55,025 nucleotides of DNA from Clostridia bacterium (GTDB lineage Bacteria > Bacillota > Clostridia > HGM11514). The stretch is taken from the NCBI GenBank assembly GCA_045586685.1, contig JAZNAU010000033.1:1-55025 (forward strand), read 5' to 3'. Below are positions 1-10,485 of the stretch, in pieces. Within the stretch, counting starts at the first letter, position 1. Every line of letters starts with the position of its first letter. The notes beneath the pieces were generated by a model. The model did not search any database. It was given only the letters and a program-made list of their open reading frames with translations, and was not told the origin of the DNA. The position numbers and the translations under genes were made by a program.

Positions 1-314
1 AGATTCATTCTGTCCTCCTCTACCTGACGGATGATTTCTTTATCGTCTTCAATAGCGGTCAGATTTGGGTGGTTCAGTGTATGCACTGCCACTTCATGAC
101 CTTCATAAATACTTTTTACATCTTCAGGTTGGACTTTATCATAACAAATTTCTTTTTCTCCGCGTAGGCGGGTTTGCTTCTGCCCAAGCATCTCTGAATT
201 TAGATTAAAGGTCGCCTTCAACCCATATTTGTTGAACAAATTCACCAAACGAATATCCTGAGTCACACCATCGTCAAAACTAAACGTGACTGCTTTCATT
301 TTTCCTTGAAACAT
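1..314 (-). CDS. Polysaccharide deacetylase (NodB/CE4 family), 3' end runs off the window
   Basis: Manual translation from ATG at 314: MFQGKMKAVTFSFDDGVTQDIRLVNLFNKYGLKATFNLNS..., later GHEVAVHTLNHPNL; TFSFDDG and HxxxH CE4 motifs; AAGGAG RBS. Not in the ORF track because it is truncated. Confidence 0.85.
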   Translation of the reverse strand, partial: MFQGKMKAVTFSFDDGVTQDIRLVNLFNKYGLKATFNLNSEMLGQKQTRLRGEKEICYDKVQPEDVKSIYEGHEVAVHTLNHPNLTAIEDDKEIIRQVEEDRMN

Positions 315-331
315 AAATAATTCTCCTTTTC

Positions 332-370
332 AAAAAAGGAGCTGTAAAACTTATTTTTACAGCCCCTTTT
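332..370 (-). terminator. Intrinsic terminator after the decarboxylase alpha gene
   Basis: Minus strand GGGGCTGTAAAA-ATAAG-TTTTACAGCTCC followed by TTTTTT. Confidence 0.75.
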
Positions 371-372
371 AT

Positions 373-1791
373 TTATGACAAATCTTCTACATACAGTGTA
401 CGGACACCGCCCTCATCCTTCTTTGCAGAAGCAACGGGTTCTTCGGTTTTTTTGCCTCTGGTTTCAAAGAATTTCGATGCCACCTGAGGGAAGAGTGCAT
501 AGCTTAATACATCCTCTTCTGATTTAGCAACATCTTTACTTTCTTCACGGTATTTTTCCAATTCAGGTTCCAGTAAATCAGCGGGGCGAACCGTAATAAT
601 ATCATCCTTTTCAATTCCCGCTTTTTGGAGAACTTCAGGATTTACTTCAGAGGGTAACTGTCCGTATTCCCCACGGAGTACGCCTTTTGATTCCTTGGTC
701 ACCATTTTGTACCGTTCACCGGTTAAGACGTTAAGCACTGCCTGAGTACCAACAATCTGGCTGGTGGGAGTAACAAGAGGAGGATAACCGAAATCCTTTC
801 TTACTCTGGGCACTTCTTCAAGCACCTCATAATACTTATCCTCAGCATTCTGCTGTTTCAACTGACTGAGCAGATTGGAAAGCATTCCGCCGGGTACTTG
901 ATAAAGCAACGCATTCGGGTCAACATTCAGCACCTTGGGGTCCAAAGTTCCTTTCTCCTTCATGGAGGTTGCAACCGTTCTGTAGTATGCTGCCGCTTCA
1001 CTCAGCTTTTCTAAATCAAGACCGGTATCCCGTTCAGTGCCCTTTAATGCCGCAACTAAGGATTCGGTTGCAGGGTTACTGGTACCGTTTGCCATAGGTG
1101 ACAAAGCACAGTCTACAATATCAACCCCTGCCTGAGCTGCAAGCAGATTGGTCATATCCCCTGTACCGGAGGTATTATGGGTATGCAAATGAATTTTTGC
1201 TCCCACTCTTGCCTTCAGTTTCTTCACCAGACTATACGCATCATAAGGAAGAAGCAAGTTTGCCATATCCTTGATACAAATAACATCTGCACCCATTTCC
1301 TCTAACTTCATTGCCAGTTCCACAAAATAATCTTCGTTATGAACAGGGCTTGTGGTATAAGAAAATGCCGCTTCGCAGATTCCGCCGTGAGCCTTTACAA
1401 ATTTAATCGCGGATTCTAAGTTTCTGGGGTCATTCAAAGCATCAAATACTCTGACCACATCAATCCCGTTTTCAATGGATTTTTTACAGAATGCTTCCAC
1501 CACATCATCTGCATAATGCTTGTATCCCAAAATATTCTGACCCCGGAACAACATTTGCAGTTTTGTGTTGGGCATTGCTTTTTTCAGGGTTCTGAGTCTT
1601 TCCCAGGGGTCTTCATTTAAAAATCTCATACAAGAATCAAAAGTTGCACCGCCCCAACATTCCAAAGACCAGTAACCGATACTGTCTAAGATTTTACAAC
1701 CGGGAAGCATTTGCTCCGTGGTCATACGGGTTGCCGCCTGAGATTGGTGAGCATCACGCAATATGGTATCGGTAATCATCAATTTATTCAT
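373..1791 (-). CDS. oadA: Oxaloacetate decarboxylase alpha / pyruvate carboxylase subunit B-type carboxyltransferase, no fused biotin domain
   Basis: LRDAHQS, ECWGGATFD, EDPWERL, HLHTH, QVPGGM and LVTPTSQIVG motifs. Confidence 0.9.
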   Translation of the reverse strand: MNKLMITDTILRDAHQSQAATRMTTEQMLPGCKILDSIGYWSLECWGGATFDSCMRFLNEDPWERLRTLKKAMPNTKLQMLFRGQNILGYKHYADDVVEAFCKKSIENGIDVVRVFDALNDPRNLESAIKFVKAHGGICEAAFSYTTSPVHNEDYFVELAMKLEEMGADVICIKDMANLLLPYDAYSLVKKLKARVGAKIHLHTHNTSGTGDMTNLLAAQAGVDIVDCALSPMANGTSNPATESLVAALKGTERDTGLDLEKLSEAAAYYRTVATSMKEKGTLDPKVLNVDPNALLYQVPGGMLSNLLSQLKQQNAEDKYYEVLEEVPRVRKDFGYPPLVTPTSQIVGTQAVLNVLTGERYKMVTKESKGVLRGEYGQLPSEVNPEVLQKAGIEKDDIITVRPADLLEPELEKYREESKDVAKSEEDVLSYALFPQVASKFFETRGKKTEEPVASAKKDEGGVRTLYVEDLS

Positions 1792-1832
1792 AGCAATTCA
1801 CACCTTTCTGTCTGCCAATCTTTACAAGAAAT

Positions 1833-1864
1833 CTCTATGCAGCCGCAGACAAGGCTGCATAGAG
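1833..1864 (-). other. Intergenic 12-bp perfect stem-loop between oadB and oadA (mRNA stability or partial terminator)
   Basis: CTCTATGCAGCC-N8-GGCTGCATAGAG with only a weak U-tract. Confidence 0.6.
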
Positions 1865-1872
1865 GAACTTAT

Positions 1873-3126
1873 TTACATAAACAGTGCCAGTAATACTCCT
1901 GCCGCAATAGCAGAGCCGATAACCCCTGCCACGTTGGGACCCATTGCATGCATCAACAGGAAGTTGGAAGGATTTTCCTTCTGTCCTACCATCTGAGACA
2001 CACGAGCCGCCATAGGAACGGCAGAAACACCTGCAGAACCAATCAGAGGATTGATTTTCTTCTTTAAGAACAGATTCATAAACTTCGCCAGCAACACACC
2101 GCCTGCTGTACCCATTGCAAAGGCAACAATACCCATTGCCAAAATTCCTAAGGTCTTAGGAGTTAAGAAGGTTTCAGCAGTAGCAGTAGCGCCTACAGAA
2201 ACGCCTAAGAAAATGGTGACAATGTTCATCAGTTCGTTCTGAGCAGTCTTGGAAAGACGATCTGCAACCCCTGTTTCCTTAAACAGGTTACCCAGCATCA
2301 GGCATCCTACCAAGGGAGCTGCAGAGGGAACCAAAAATGCAACAAATACAGTTACCACAATAGGGAACACAATCTTTTCCCGTTTAGAAACAGGACGAAG
2401 AGTGGTCATGGTAATCATCCGTTCCTTCTTGGTGGTCAGAAGTTTCATAATGGGAGGCTGGATCACTGGAACCAACGCCATGTAAGAATAAGCCGCAACG
2501 GCAATAGGTCCAAGCAGGTCAGGAGACAGCTTCGATGTAACAAAAATTGCCGTAGGACCGTCCGCTCCGCCAATGATACCAATAGAGCTTGCCTCTTGAG
2601 GAGTAAATCCTAAATATCTTGCGCCGATAAATGCCAGGAAAATACCCAACTGTGCTGCTGCACCCAGCAGTAAGCTCTTGGGATTGGCAATCAAAGGACC
2701 AAAGTCGGTCATAGCGCCAACACCTAAGAAAATCAAACAAGGATAAATCCCTAATTTTACACCTAAGTACAAAATGTCAATCAAGCCAAAGCTGATAGAC
2801 TGCCCTACTGTCAGGGTATCCAACAAGGACTGGGAAACCCCTGCCGCCTGCATTTCACTGATAAATTCAGCTGTAACGGGAGCACCGCCCAGCAAATCCC
2901 AATGAACATGACCGCCGGCAAAGAAAATTTCATGAAACATCTCTGCACCTGGCAAGTTTGTGAGCAGCATACCAAAAGAAATAGGCAACAACAATAAGGG
3001 TTCAAATTTCTTAACAATTGCCAAATAAAAAAGAACAAAAGAAATCAAAAGCATAATGAGCATTTTAGGGTTGTTTGCAACCATGGAAAACCCTGTCTGC
3101 TCAAAAAAATTCATTAAAACATCCAC
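1873..3126 (-). CDS. oadB: Na+-translocating decarboxylase beta subunit
   Basis: [39 protein letters not shown] and [12 protein letters not shown] motifs. Confidence 0.95.
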   Translation of the reverse strand: MDVLMNFFEQTGFSMVANNPKMLIMLLISFVLFYLAIVKKFEPLLLLPISFGMLLTNLPGAEMFHEIFFAGGHVHWDLLGGAPVTAEFISEMQAAGVSQSLLDTLTVGQSISFGLIDILYLGVKLGIYPCLIFLGVGAMTDFGPLIANPKSLLLGAAAQLGIFLAFIGARYLGFTPQEASSIGIIGGADGPTAIFVTSKLSPDLLGPIAVAAYSYMALVPVIQPPIMKLLTTKKERMITMTTLRPVSKREKIVFPIVVTVFVAFLVPSAAPLVGCLMLGNLFKETGVADRLSKTAQNELMNIVTIFLGVSVGATATAETFLTPKTLGILAMGIVAFAMGTAGGVLLAKFMNLFLKKKINPLIGSAGVSAVPMAARVSQMVGQKENPSNFLLMHAMGPNVAGVIGSAIAAGVLLALFM

Positions 3127-3145
3127 TGTATTGTGCCTCCTGTCA

Positions 3146-3502
3146 TTACTGAATGGTGCACAGCGCTGTTCCGGATTCCACAGTAGCTCCTTTGGTTACA
3201 CCAACAGAAGTCACCGTTCCGTCTGCAGGTGCCATAATTTCATTTTCCATCTTCATTGCTTCTAAAATCATAAGAACCTGACCGCTGGTTACTTTATCCC
3301 CTACATTCACCTTCACATCTAAAATTGTTCCGGGCATGGGGGCATTCACTGCCTGTCCGGCACCGTTTGCAGCAGGTGCGGGAGCGGTTGTTACAGGAGC
3401 CTGAGCGGGTGCTGCGGGAGCCTGAGCAGGAGCTGTTTCATTGGTCAGTTCAATCTGAATCTGATATTCTGTTCCGTTTACATTTACCTTATATTGTTTC
3501 AT
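3146..3502 (-). CDS. Biotin carboxyl carrier protein
   Basis: EAMKM biotinylation motif after an Ala/Pro-rich linker. Confidence 0.95.
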   Translation of the reverse strand: MKQYKVNVNGTEYQIQIELTNETAPAQAPAAPAQAPVTTAPAPAANGAGQAVNAPMPGTILDVKVNVGDKVTSGQVLMILEAMKMENEIMAPADGTVTSVGVTKGATVESGTALCTIQ

Positions 3503-3522
3503 TGTTTGTTTACCTCTCTTTG

Positions 3523-3798
3523 TTAAATTTTTTTAAATGATAGTACACGAATACTTGATACATCCGTCCCCAATTCTTCTGCGATCACCGCACAAATGCC
3601 CGCAATCAGCTCTTGTTTATTTGCAATCGGTGCCGCCTGTACAGGGGGAGCTGCAACAGGTGCGGGAGTCTGAGTGGCTGACGCCTTTTCCTTACAGAAA
3701 AAGCTCATAATCTTACAAAGTATAACAATGCAGATCAATCCTACAAACACTACACCAAGACCCATAGCGACTACAAAACCATTTGAAATTTCCATCAA
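3523..3798 (-). CDS. oadG: OadG-family decarboxylase gamma subunit
   Basis: Single N-terminal TM helix (GLGVVFVGL), Ala/Pro linker, ELIAGICAVIA helix; operon position. Confidence 0.85.
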   Translation of the reverse strand: MMEISNGFVVAMGLGVVFVGLICIVILCKIMSFFCKEKASATQTPAPVAAPPVQAAPIANKQELIAGICAVIAEELGTDVSSIRVLSFKKI

Positions 3799-3882
3799 AG
3801 ATGCCCTCCTTTCCGGTAGAGTCCTCTATTTGCACAGGATAAATCCTGTAAAAATCAAAATCCTTCCTATTCTATCCCTTCT

Positions 3883-5226
3883 TTATTCTGCCTTTGCTCC
3901 GCATTCACCGCAGAACTTTTCTCCTTCTGTGATAGGAGCTCCGCATTCGCCGCAAAATTTCTTCTTATTTTCCTTTCTTTCCGCAGGAGCGCCACATTCC
4001 CCGCAAAAGGCTTCTTCGGGGAAAATAGCAGAGCCACATTCACCACAGAACACTACTTTTTGATCAACTTGCTGACTGTTTTCAACATCGGTTTGCTCAA
4101 TTTCACCGCTGTTGTCGCCCCCTTCTTCACTATTGGGGCTGACTTTTTGCAAATCGCTACCGCTTGCTTGACTGTCAACGGACTTTCCTTCACCGCTTTG
4201 GTCAAATTCGACTTCTTCATTTTCCTGACCAGCTTTTTGGAGGATTTCGTCACCCGCTTTATCCCCGCCTTCAGTTGTTTTCTGGTTTTCCTGTTCAATA
4301 ACTTCATTGTCTTCCTCCTTTTCTGCCTCAGGGGCTACCAATGCACCGCATTCGCCACAGAATTTTAAAGAGTGAAAATCAAATTCTGTAGGTCTTATAT
4401 CCAAAGAGGATTGCTCTCTGCGAACCTTATGATATAATTTACGGAAGGAACGGGAGATTTTACTCAGCTCTGCATAAGACTGATCTGCTCCCATCTGATC
4501 CAACTGACCGCAAGTGAGCAACTCACGGGTCAAAAACCAACTATCCAAAAAAGTATATTTAAAAATTCCTGTTACAATCAACGCCATAACCAATGCAGAA
4601 AACAAACCCAAAAACGGAATGGAAGAGAATAACAACCAAAAAATCAAGGTTGTTGCCAAAAAGCTGGCTGCCACAATCAATCCGGTTGACTGGCTTTTAA
4701 CAAGCAGCTCTTTCTGATTCTTGGAAAAAAGCACAACTGCATCTGCCATGGTCTTATATTTTCCCGCTTTCTTCTTATAAAAATTGATACAGGTACAGCA
4801 ATAGGTCATGTAATCCAACATAATTTTATCTTTCCAGTAGTTACCCTTATGTAAATCTTTCACCGCACCGCCAATCAAACGGTTCAGATAACAAAAATTT
4901 GCAGCATTTTTAAACTGACCCTTTACAAACTGCTGAACAAAATCACGATAACTGGAAGGCAACGCCTGATTCACCGCATATTCCGCCGCAGCCGCTAAAA
5001 AGGCAGTCTGATACACATAACCGTAGTAATGAACCGAAAGATAATAAATAAATGCGGAAATGAGCGCCCATAAAAGAACCACCGCTCCTCTCCCAAAGCC
5101 TTCTAATCCATAATCACACCAAATCTTTACAGGAACATACAACACCACTGCCAGCAGCAGACTGAACAGACCGGGCAATAATTTCATAAACTGAAAACGC
5201 AAGGTTTTCATATAAATTTGTTTCAT
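3883..5226 (-). CDS. Membrane protein with an acidic linker and C-terminal zinc-ribbon (DZR) repeats
   Basis: Several hydrophobic segments; five FCGECG motifs; E/Q/S-rich linker. Confidence 0.75.
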   Translation of the reverse strand: MKQIYMKTLRFQFMKLLPGLFSLLLAVVLYVPVKIWCDYGLEGFGRGAVVLLWALISAFIYYLSVHYYGYVYQTAFLAAAAEYAVNQALPSSYRDFVQQFVKGQFKNAANFCYLNRLIGGAVKDLHKGNYWKDKIMLDYMTYCCTCINFYKKKAGKYKTMADAVVLFSKNQKELLVKSQSTGLIVAASFLATTLIFWLLFSSIPFLGLFSALVMALIVTGIFKYTFLDSWFLTRELLTCGQLDQMGADQSYAELSKISRSFRKLYHKVRREQSSLDIRPTEFDFHSLKFCGECGALVAPEAEKEEDNEVIEQENQKTTEGGDKAGDEILQKAGQENEEVEFDQSGEGKSVDSQASGSDLQKVSPNSEEGGDNSGEIEQTDVENSQQVDQKVVFCGECGSAIFPEEAFCGECGAPAERKENKKKFCGECGAPITEGEKFCGECGAKAE

Positions 5227-5382
5227 TTCTATTTTCCTCCGTGTAATTTACCAATTTTTGGGTATTCTATTTTTATCTGCTCCCAAATAAACGTTTCAGT
5301 ATCTATTATATCAAATATTTTTCAAAAAGAAAAGAGATAATTTAAAATTTGTCAAAAAAAATTTTTATTTTTTTAAAATCTC

Positions 5383-5410
5383 TTGACTTTTTTAAAGAAT
5401 GTGCTATAAT
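5383..5410 (+). promoter_or_regulatory. SigA promoter of the ctsR operon
   Basis: TTGACT-N16-TATAAT with extended TG. Confidence 0.75.
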
Positions 5411-5418
5411 ATAATTAA

Positions 5419-5435
5419 AGTCAAAGAAAGTCAAA
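5419..5435 (+). promoter_or_regulatory. CtsR operator
   Basis: AGTCAAAGAAAGTCAAA matches the RGTCAAANANRGTCAAA heptad direct repeat just upstream of ctsR. Confidence 0.9.
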
Positions 5436-5458
5436 GTCATAAAAAGAGGTGAATTCCA

Positions 5459-5905
5459 ATGAAAATCAGTGATATTATTGAACAATTTCTTTTAGATATG
5501 ATGCATAACAGCGAAGGAGAAGTGGAAATCAAACGAAATGAGTTGGCAGGGCATTTCAACTGTGTTCCTTCTCAGATAAATTACGTTATTTCCACCCGTT
5601 TTACAGCCGAAAACGGATATATCGTAGAAAGCCGACGGGGCGGTGGCGGTTCTATTAAAATCCGCCGTGTTGCCATGACTCCCGGAAATTATATGATGCA
5701 TGTCATCAATTCTGTGGGAAATCATATCAATCAACTGTCGGTGCAGGTGTTCATAAAAAACTTTTTTGAAAACGGACACATTACCTTACGGGAAGCAGAG
5801 CTCATGCTTGCTGCCCTGTCCGACAACTCCTTGCCACTTCCTCAGCCCATGAAGGATCAGGTTCGGGCAACCATTTTTAAAAATATGTTAACAAAACTGT
5901 CGTAA
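5459..5905 (+). CDS. ctsR: Heat-shock repressor CtsR
   Basis: ISDIIEQFL, FNCVPSQINYVI.TRF, ESRRGGGG glycine loop. Confidence 0.97.
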   Translation: MKISDIIEQFLLDMMHNSEGEVEIKRNELAGHFNCVPSQINYVISTRFTAENGYIVESRRGGGGSIKIRRVAMTPGNYMMHVINSVGNHINQLSVQVFIKNFFENGHITLREAELMLAALSDNSLPLPQPMKDQVRATIFKNMLTKLS

Positions 5906-5919
5906 AGGAGAGAAGCATT

Positions 5920-6390
5920 ATGTTATGTTCAAAATGCGGAAAAAAACTCGCCACCGTACATTATCAGGAAAACATTAACGGAATAAAATCGGAATATGAA
6001 TTATGTGAAGAATGTGCTAACCAAATGCAGTTTTCAGAGTTGGGCGGATTCACTCTTGATCCCTTATGGATGACACCCAAGCTGTTTCGCGAAGAAACGG
6101 GAACGTGTCCCTTCTGCGGTCTTACATTACGGGAATTTTCTAAAGACGCAAAATTTGGCTGTAGAGAATGTTACAACGCATTTTCACATCACGTTCCTTC
6201 CTTGTTAAAGAAAATTCACGGGCATACGAAACACATAGGAAAAATTCCGAAACGAATGGGCAGAAATTTACGTACCAAGAGTAAAATAGAAGAATTAAAA
6301 AATCAAATGAATCAAGCGGTTTTGGATCAAAACTTTGAGCTTGCAGCAAAATTAAGAGATGAAATCAGGGGATTGGAGGGAAAAGAATGA
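5920..6390 (+). CDS. mcsA: Arginine kinase activator McsA
   Basis: Four CxxC motifs, C-terminal UVR domain (FELAAKLRDEI); synteny. Confidence 0.93.
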   Translation: MLCSKCGKKLATVHYQENINGIKSEYELCEECANQMQFSELGGFTLDPLWMTPKLFREETGTCPFCGLTLREFSKDAKFGCRECYNAFSHHVPSLLKKIHGHTKHIGKIPKRMGRNLRTKSKIEELKNQMNQAVLDQNFELAAKLRDEIRGLEGKE

Positions 6391-7367
6391 ACAATATTGT
6401 CATCAGCAGCCGTGTTCGTCTGGCAAGAAATTTAAACGATTTTGCCTTTCCCGCAAAGTTAAACTCTTCGGCAAACCTGATTGATGTGGTCAAGGGTTCG
6501 GCAGGGAAAGAATTTTCCTGTTTTACCTGTAATAATATGACCCCTCTTGACAAGCAAGCCTTGGTAGAGGAGCACGTAATCAGCCCCGCCCTTGAAAGAA
6601 AAAGGGACGGTGCAGTACTGATAAACAAAGACCGTTCTGTGAGCATTATGCTCAATGAAGAGGACCATTTGAGGATTCAATGTATTATGCCGGGGCTTCA
6701 ATTAAAAGAAGCTTATGAGCTGGCTGACCAAACAGACGATTTACTGGAAGAAAGCCTGTCCTTCGCCTTTGACGAAACAATCGGCTATCTTACTTCCTGT
6801 CCCACCAATGCGGGAACAGGGATGCGCGCCTCTGTCATGCTCCATCTCCCTGCTCTCACTGCCAATCACCAAATGAACAGCCTGATCGCGTCAGCCGGAA
6901 AAATGGGGTTTGCAGTACGGGGAATATACGGAGAAGGAAGTCGGGCAGAAGGAGATTTTTATCAGATTTCCAACCAGATTACTTTGGGTCTTTCGGAATC
7001 AGAAACTCTCCAACGGCTCCAATCCGTTACCGAACAACTGATTGAACAGGAATTACAGCTTCGTCAGGCAATGATGGAACGAAACCGTGCTCAGATGTGT
7101 GATATTATCTGGCGTGCCTTTGGTACGGTAAAATATGCACAAATTATGTCCGCCAAGGAATTTATGTCCTTGGCATCCCAGATAAGGCTGGGAATTTCTA
7201 TGGGTGTCATTACTCATATCAAAAACGAAACATTAAATCGGCTGATGACCGAAATTCAACCGGCTCATCTGCAAAAGCATTTCGGCAAAATCATGTCCCC
7301 TTCAGAACGGGATATAATGCGCGCCGACTATTTGAGAAAAGAAATAGAAAGGACGGATGCACAATGA
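6387..7367 (+). CDS. mcsB: Protein-arginine kinase McsB
   Basis: SSRVRLARN, NEEDHLRIQ, CPTNAGTG, QISNQITLG. Confidence 0.95.
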   Translation: MNNIVISSRVRLARNLNDFAFPAKLNSSANLIDVVKGSAGKEFSCFTCNNMTPLDKQALVEEHVISPALERKRDGAVLINKDRSVSIMLNEEDHLRIQCIMPGLQLKEAYELADQTDDLLEESLSFAFDETIGYLTSCPTNAGTGMRASVMLHLPALTANHQMNSLIASAGKMGFAVRGIYGEGSRAEGDFYQISNQITLGLSESETLQRLQSVTEQLIEQELQLRQAMMERNRAQMCDIIWRAFGTVKYAQIMSAKEFMSLASQIRLGISMGVITHIKNETLNRLMTEIQPAHLQKHFGKIMSPSERDIMRADYLRKEIERTDAQ

Positions 7368-9799
7368 TGAACAGTTTTACAAAAAAAGCAAAACAAGCAC
7401 TAACCATGGCAGAACAATCTGCCGGTCAACTGGGACACAATTATATTGGCTCGGAGCATCTGCTTTTAGGACTACTAAAAACAACAGACTGTATGGCATC
7501 AAAACTGATTGGAGAATTTGGCGTTACCGCAGAAAAGGTGGAGGACTGCATTAGCCGTCTTATCGGAACCGCCACGCCTACAGGGGGCAAAGTGGCAGGG
7601 CTTACCCCCCGCACAAAGAGGATTTTAGAGCTGAGCGCAGCAGAGGCAAACCGCCTTGGACACAATTACATCGGTACAGAGCATATTCTTCTTGCCATTA
7701 TCCGAGAAGGCGAAAGCGTTGCCATTCAAATTCTTGCCGATTTGGACGTAGATATACAAAAGCTTTTTTCTTCTCTTGCAGAAAATATGCAATCAAACAA
7801 CGGTACAGTAAAAACCACATCACAGCCTTATAAAAACAAAAATTCTTCCACCCCCACTTTGGAGGAATTTGGAAGAGATTTGACCGAAATGGCAAAGCAA
7901 GGAAAATTTGACCCTGTCATAGGCCGTGACAAGGAAATCGAGCGGGTCATTCAGATACTAAGCCGACGTACCAAAAACAATCCTTGCCTAATCGGAGAAC
8001 CGGGTGTGGGAAAAACCGCCATTGCAGAAGGACTGGCACAGAAAATTGCGGAAGGAAACGTACCCGAATTACTCCGTGACAAAAGAGTGGTCACCATGGA
8101 TTTATCCTCCATGGTAGCGGGAGCAAAATATCGAGGCGAGTTTGAAGAACGACTGAAAAAAGCCATTGATGAAATTATTGCCGCACAAAATGTGATTATT
8201 TTTATTGACGAAATGCACACTATCATCGGTGCGGGAGGTGCTGAAGGTGCCATAGACGCCTCAAACATTTTAAAACCCGCTCTTGCACGAGGCGAAATGC
8301 AGGTTGTAGGGGCAACCACCTTAAACGAATACAAAAAGCACATTGAAAAAGATGCCGCACTGGAACGTCGGTTTCAGCCCGTCACCGTAGGAGAACCGTC
8401 GGTTGCGGAAACAGTGCTGATTTTAAAAGGTCTTCGTGATAAATACGAAGCTCATCATGGCGTAACCATTACGGACCAGGCATTGGAGTCTGCCGCAGAG
8501 CTTTCTCACCGTTATATTGCAGACCGATTTTTACCCGATAAGGCAATCGACTTGATTGACGAAGCCTCCAGCAGAATGAGACTCCAAACCTTTACTGCCC
8601 CTCCCTCTCTCAAGGAATTAGAGGAAAAGCTGGAGGGTATATCCAAGGAAAAAGCAGAGGCGATTACTCATCAGGATTTTGAAAAAGCAGCAAAATATCG
8701 AGACGAGGAAACCTCTCTCAAAGCAGAGCTGGAAGACAAAAAGGCGGAATGGGAAAAAATTTCTGCCGCTCACCATAAGCAAATCGGCAAAGAGGAAATC
8801 GCCTCCATTTTATCCGACTGGACAGGAATTCCTGTTAACAGCCTGCAAGAAGAAGAATCTCAAAAATTACTGCGGTTAGAAGAAACCTTGCACAAGAGAG
8901 TCATAGGACAGGATGAGGCCGTTACCGCTATTTCAAAAGCCATCCGACGGGGCAGAGTGGGTCTTGCCGACCCCAAGCGTCCCACAGGCTCCTTCCTTTT
9001 TTTAGGCCCTACAGGGGTGGGAAAAACAGAGCTGTCAAAAGCATTGGCAGAAGTCTTGTTCGGTGATGAGGATGCCATGATTCGGGTGGATATGTCTGAA
9101 TACATGGAAAAGCACTCCGTATCCCGTATGGTGGGCTCCCCTCCCGGATATGTGGGTTATGACGAAGGAGGTCAGCTTACCGACAAGGTTCGCCGAAAGC
9201 CCTATTCCGTTATTCTGTTTGATGAAATTGAAAAGGCACATCCGGATGTCTTTAACATTCTGCTTCAGATTATGGAAGACGGTATGCTCACCGATTCCCA
9301 AGGAAGAAAGGTGAATTTTAAAAACACCATTATTATCATGACCTCTAACATTGGTGCCCGTCACATTACCGAACAGAAAAAAGCATTGGGCTTTTCATCC
9401 GTCGAGGAAAACGGGCGGGATTACCAGACCATTAAAACGGATGTAATGACAGAACTGAAAAAAGCATTTCGTCCGGAATTTTTGAATCGGATTGACGACA
9501 CGGTTGTGTTCCAGCCCTTATCCAAAGAGGCAATCGAAACCATTGCACGAAATATGCTGGGACAATTATCTGAGCGTCTGTCAAAAAAGAACATCACTGC
9601 TGAATATACAGACAAAGCAGTTTCTCATCTGGCAGACATTGGCTTTGACCCCGTATATGGGGCAAGACCCTTAAGACGTGCCATTACCTCCGGTGTAGAA
9701 GACATGATTGCAGAAAAACTGCTGGAACAAGTCATTGGTGAGGGTGATACTATAGTTGTGGATTTTGCAGAAAACGCTTTTACGGTTACAAAAAAATAA
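7364..9799 (+). CDS. clpC: ATP-dependent Clp protease ATPase ClpC
   Basis: Two Clp-N repeats, Walker A motifs GEPGVGKT and [11 protein letters not shown] middle domain, GSPPGYVGY. Confidence 0.97.
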   Translation: MMNSFTKKAKQALTMAEQSAGQLGHNYIGSEHLLLGLLKTTDCMASKLIGEFGVTAEKVEDCISRLIGTATPTGGKVAGLTPRTKRILELSAAEANRLGHNYIGTEHILLAIIREGESVAIQILADLDVDIQKLFSSLAENMQSNNGTVKTTSQPYKNKNSSTPTLEEFGRDLTEMAKQGKFDPVIGRDKEIERVIQILSRRTKNNPCLIGEPGVGKTAIAEGLAQKIAEGNVPELLRDKRVVTMDLSSMVAGAKYRGEFEERLKKAIDEIIAAQNVIIFIDEMHTIIGAGGAEGAIDASNILKPALARGEMQVVGATTLNEYKKHIEKDAALERRFQPVTVGEPSVAETVLILKGLRDKYEAHHGVTITDQALESAAELSHRYIADRFLPDKAIDLIDEASSRMRLQTFTAPPSLKELEEKLEGISKEKAEAITHQDFEKAAKYRDEETSLKAELEDKKAEWEKISAAHHKQIGKEEIASILSDWTGIPVNSLQEEESQKLLRLEETLHKRVIGQDEAVTAISKAIRRGRVGLADPKRPTGSFLFLGPTGVGKTELSKALAEVLFGDEDAMIRVDMSEYMEKHSVSRMVGSPPGYVGYDEGGQLTDKVRRKPYSVILFDEIEKAHPDVFNILLQIMEDGMLTDSQGRKVNFKNTIIIMTSNIGARHITEQKKALGFSSVEENGRDYQTIKTDVMTELKKAFRPEFLNRIDDTVVFQPLSKEAIETIARNMLGQLSERLSKKNITAEYTDKAVSHLADIGFDPVYGARPLRRAITSGVEDMIAEKLLEQVIGEGDTIVVDFAENAFTVTKK

Positions 9800-9807
9800 C
9801 GAATGGG

Positions 9808-9840
9808 AGAAAGGGGTGTGAAAACACCCCCTTTTCTTTT
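9808..9840 (+). terminator. Intrinsic terminator after clpC
   Basis: GGGGTG-TGAAAA-CACCCC followed by CTTTTCTTTT. Confidence 0.8.
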
Positions 9841-9884
9841 TGTTTATATTTATATTTTTATTTTATTTTTTATTTTATAAAGGG

Positions 9885-9962
9885 GGTCGCTCTTTTGGTC
9901 GCATCCGGGGTTGCTCCCTTGGTCGCATCTGGAGGTGCTCCCTTGGTCGCTCTTATTCCCGC
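9885..9962. repeat. Degenerate 12-bp-period tandem repeat (GGTCGC core) next to an AT-rich tract
   Basis: GGTCGC at 9885, 9897, 9921, 9945; variants at 9909, 9933, 9957; nearly pure A/T at 9841-9880. Confidence 0.75.
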
Positions 9963-10125
9963 TTCTATTCACACTCCTGCTCTATTTTTATTATATCATA
10001 AAAATCTTGCCATCACTTGGACACTTTTTTTAAATCTAAAAAGTTCCCAAAGAATGACAACAAAAAAAGGAGAGAACCTAATCCCTCCTTCCTGTTCTTA
10101 TCGCCAAAATATTTTTTTATAGCAT

Positions 10126-10156
10126 AAAAAGAGATTGATACTACAATCTCTTCTTT
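10126..10156 (-). terminator. Terminator after rpsT
   Basis: AAGAGATTG-N6-CAATCTCTT hairpin with T-run on the minus strand. Confidence 0.65.
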
Positions 10157-10188
10157 CACCTATTTGACCATAATGACACAAGCACAAC

Positions 10189-10449
10189 TTAGGCTTTATT
10201 CAACATTAAAGCCAGCTGAGACTTTTTACGTGCTCCTGCATTTTTATGGATAATTCCTTTTGCAACAGCCTGATCGATTTTCTTAACAGCCAGTTTGAAC
10301 GCATCGGTCTTCACCTGAGCATCATCCTGCTTCAAAGAAACTTCAAAACTCTTAATCGCAGTTTTCAGCGCAGATTTAATCATCTGATTTCTCAGGGTTT
10401 TAGTTTTGATAACGCGAACCTTTCTGATAGCAGACGCTGTATTAGGCAT
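10189..10449 (-). CDS. rpsT: 30S ribosomal protein S20
   Basis: MPNTASAIRKVR...IDQAVAKGIIHKNAGARKKS; start moved to ATG 10449 behind GGAGGTG. Confidence 0.97.
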   Translation of the reverse strand: MPNTASAIRKVRVIKTKTLRNQMIKSALKTAIKSFEVSLKQDDAQVKTDAFKLAVKKIDQAVAKGIIHKNAGARKKSQLALMLNKA

Positions 10450-10485
10450 AGGGTTCACCTCCCATTTTAGAATCATGCACATAAT

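Noticed and set aside
9885-9962. CRISPR array
   Set aside because: 12-bp tandem period with no unique spacers and no cas genes.
9895-10122. 75-aa plus-strand ORF (MVASGVAPLVASGGAPLV...)
   Set aside because: Translation of the repeat; no RBS; lies just after the clpC terminator.
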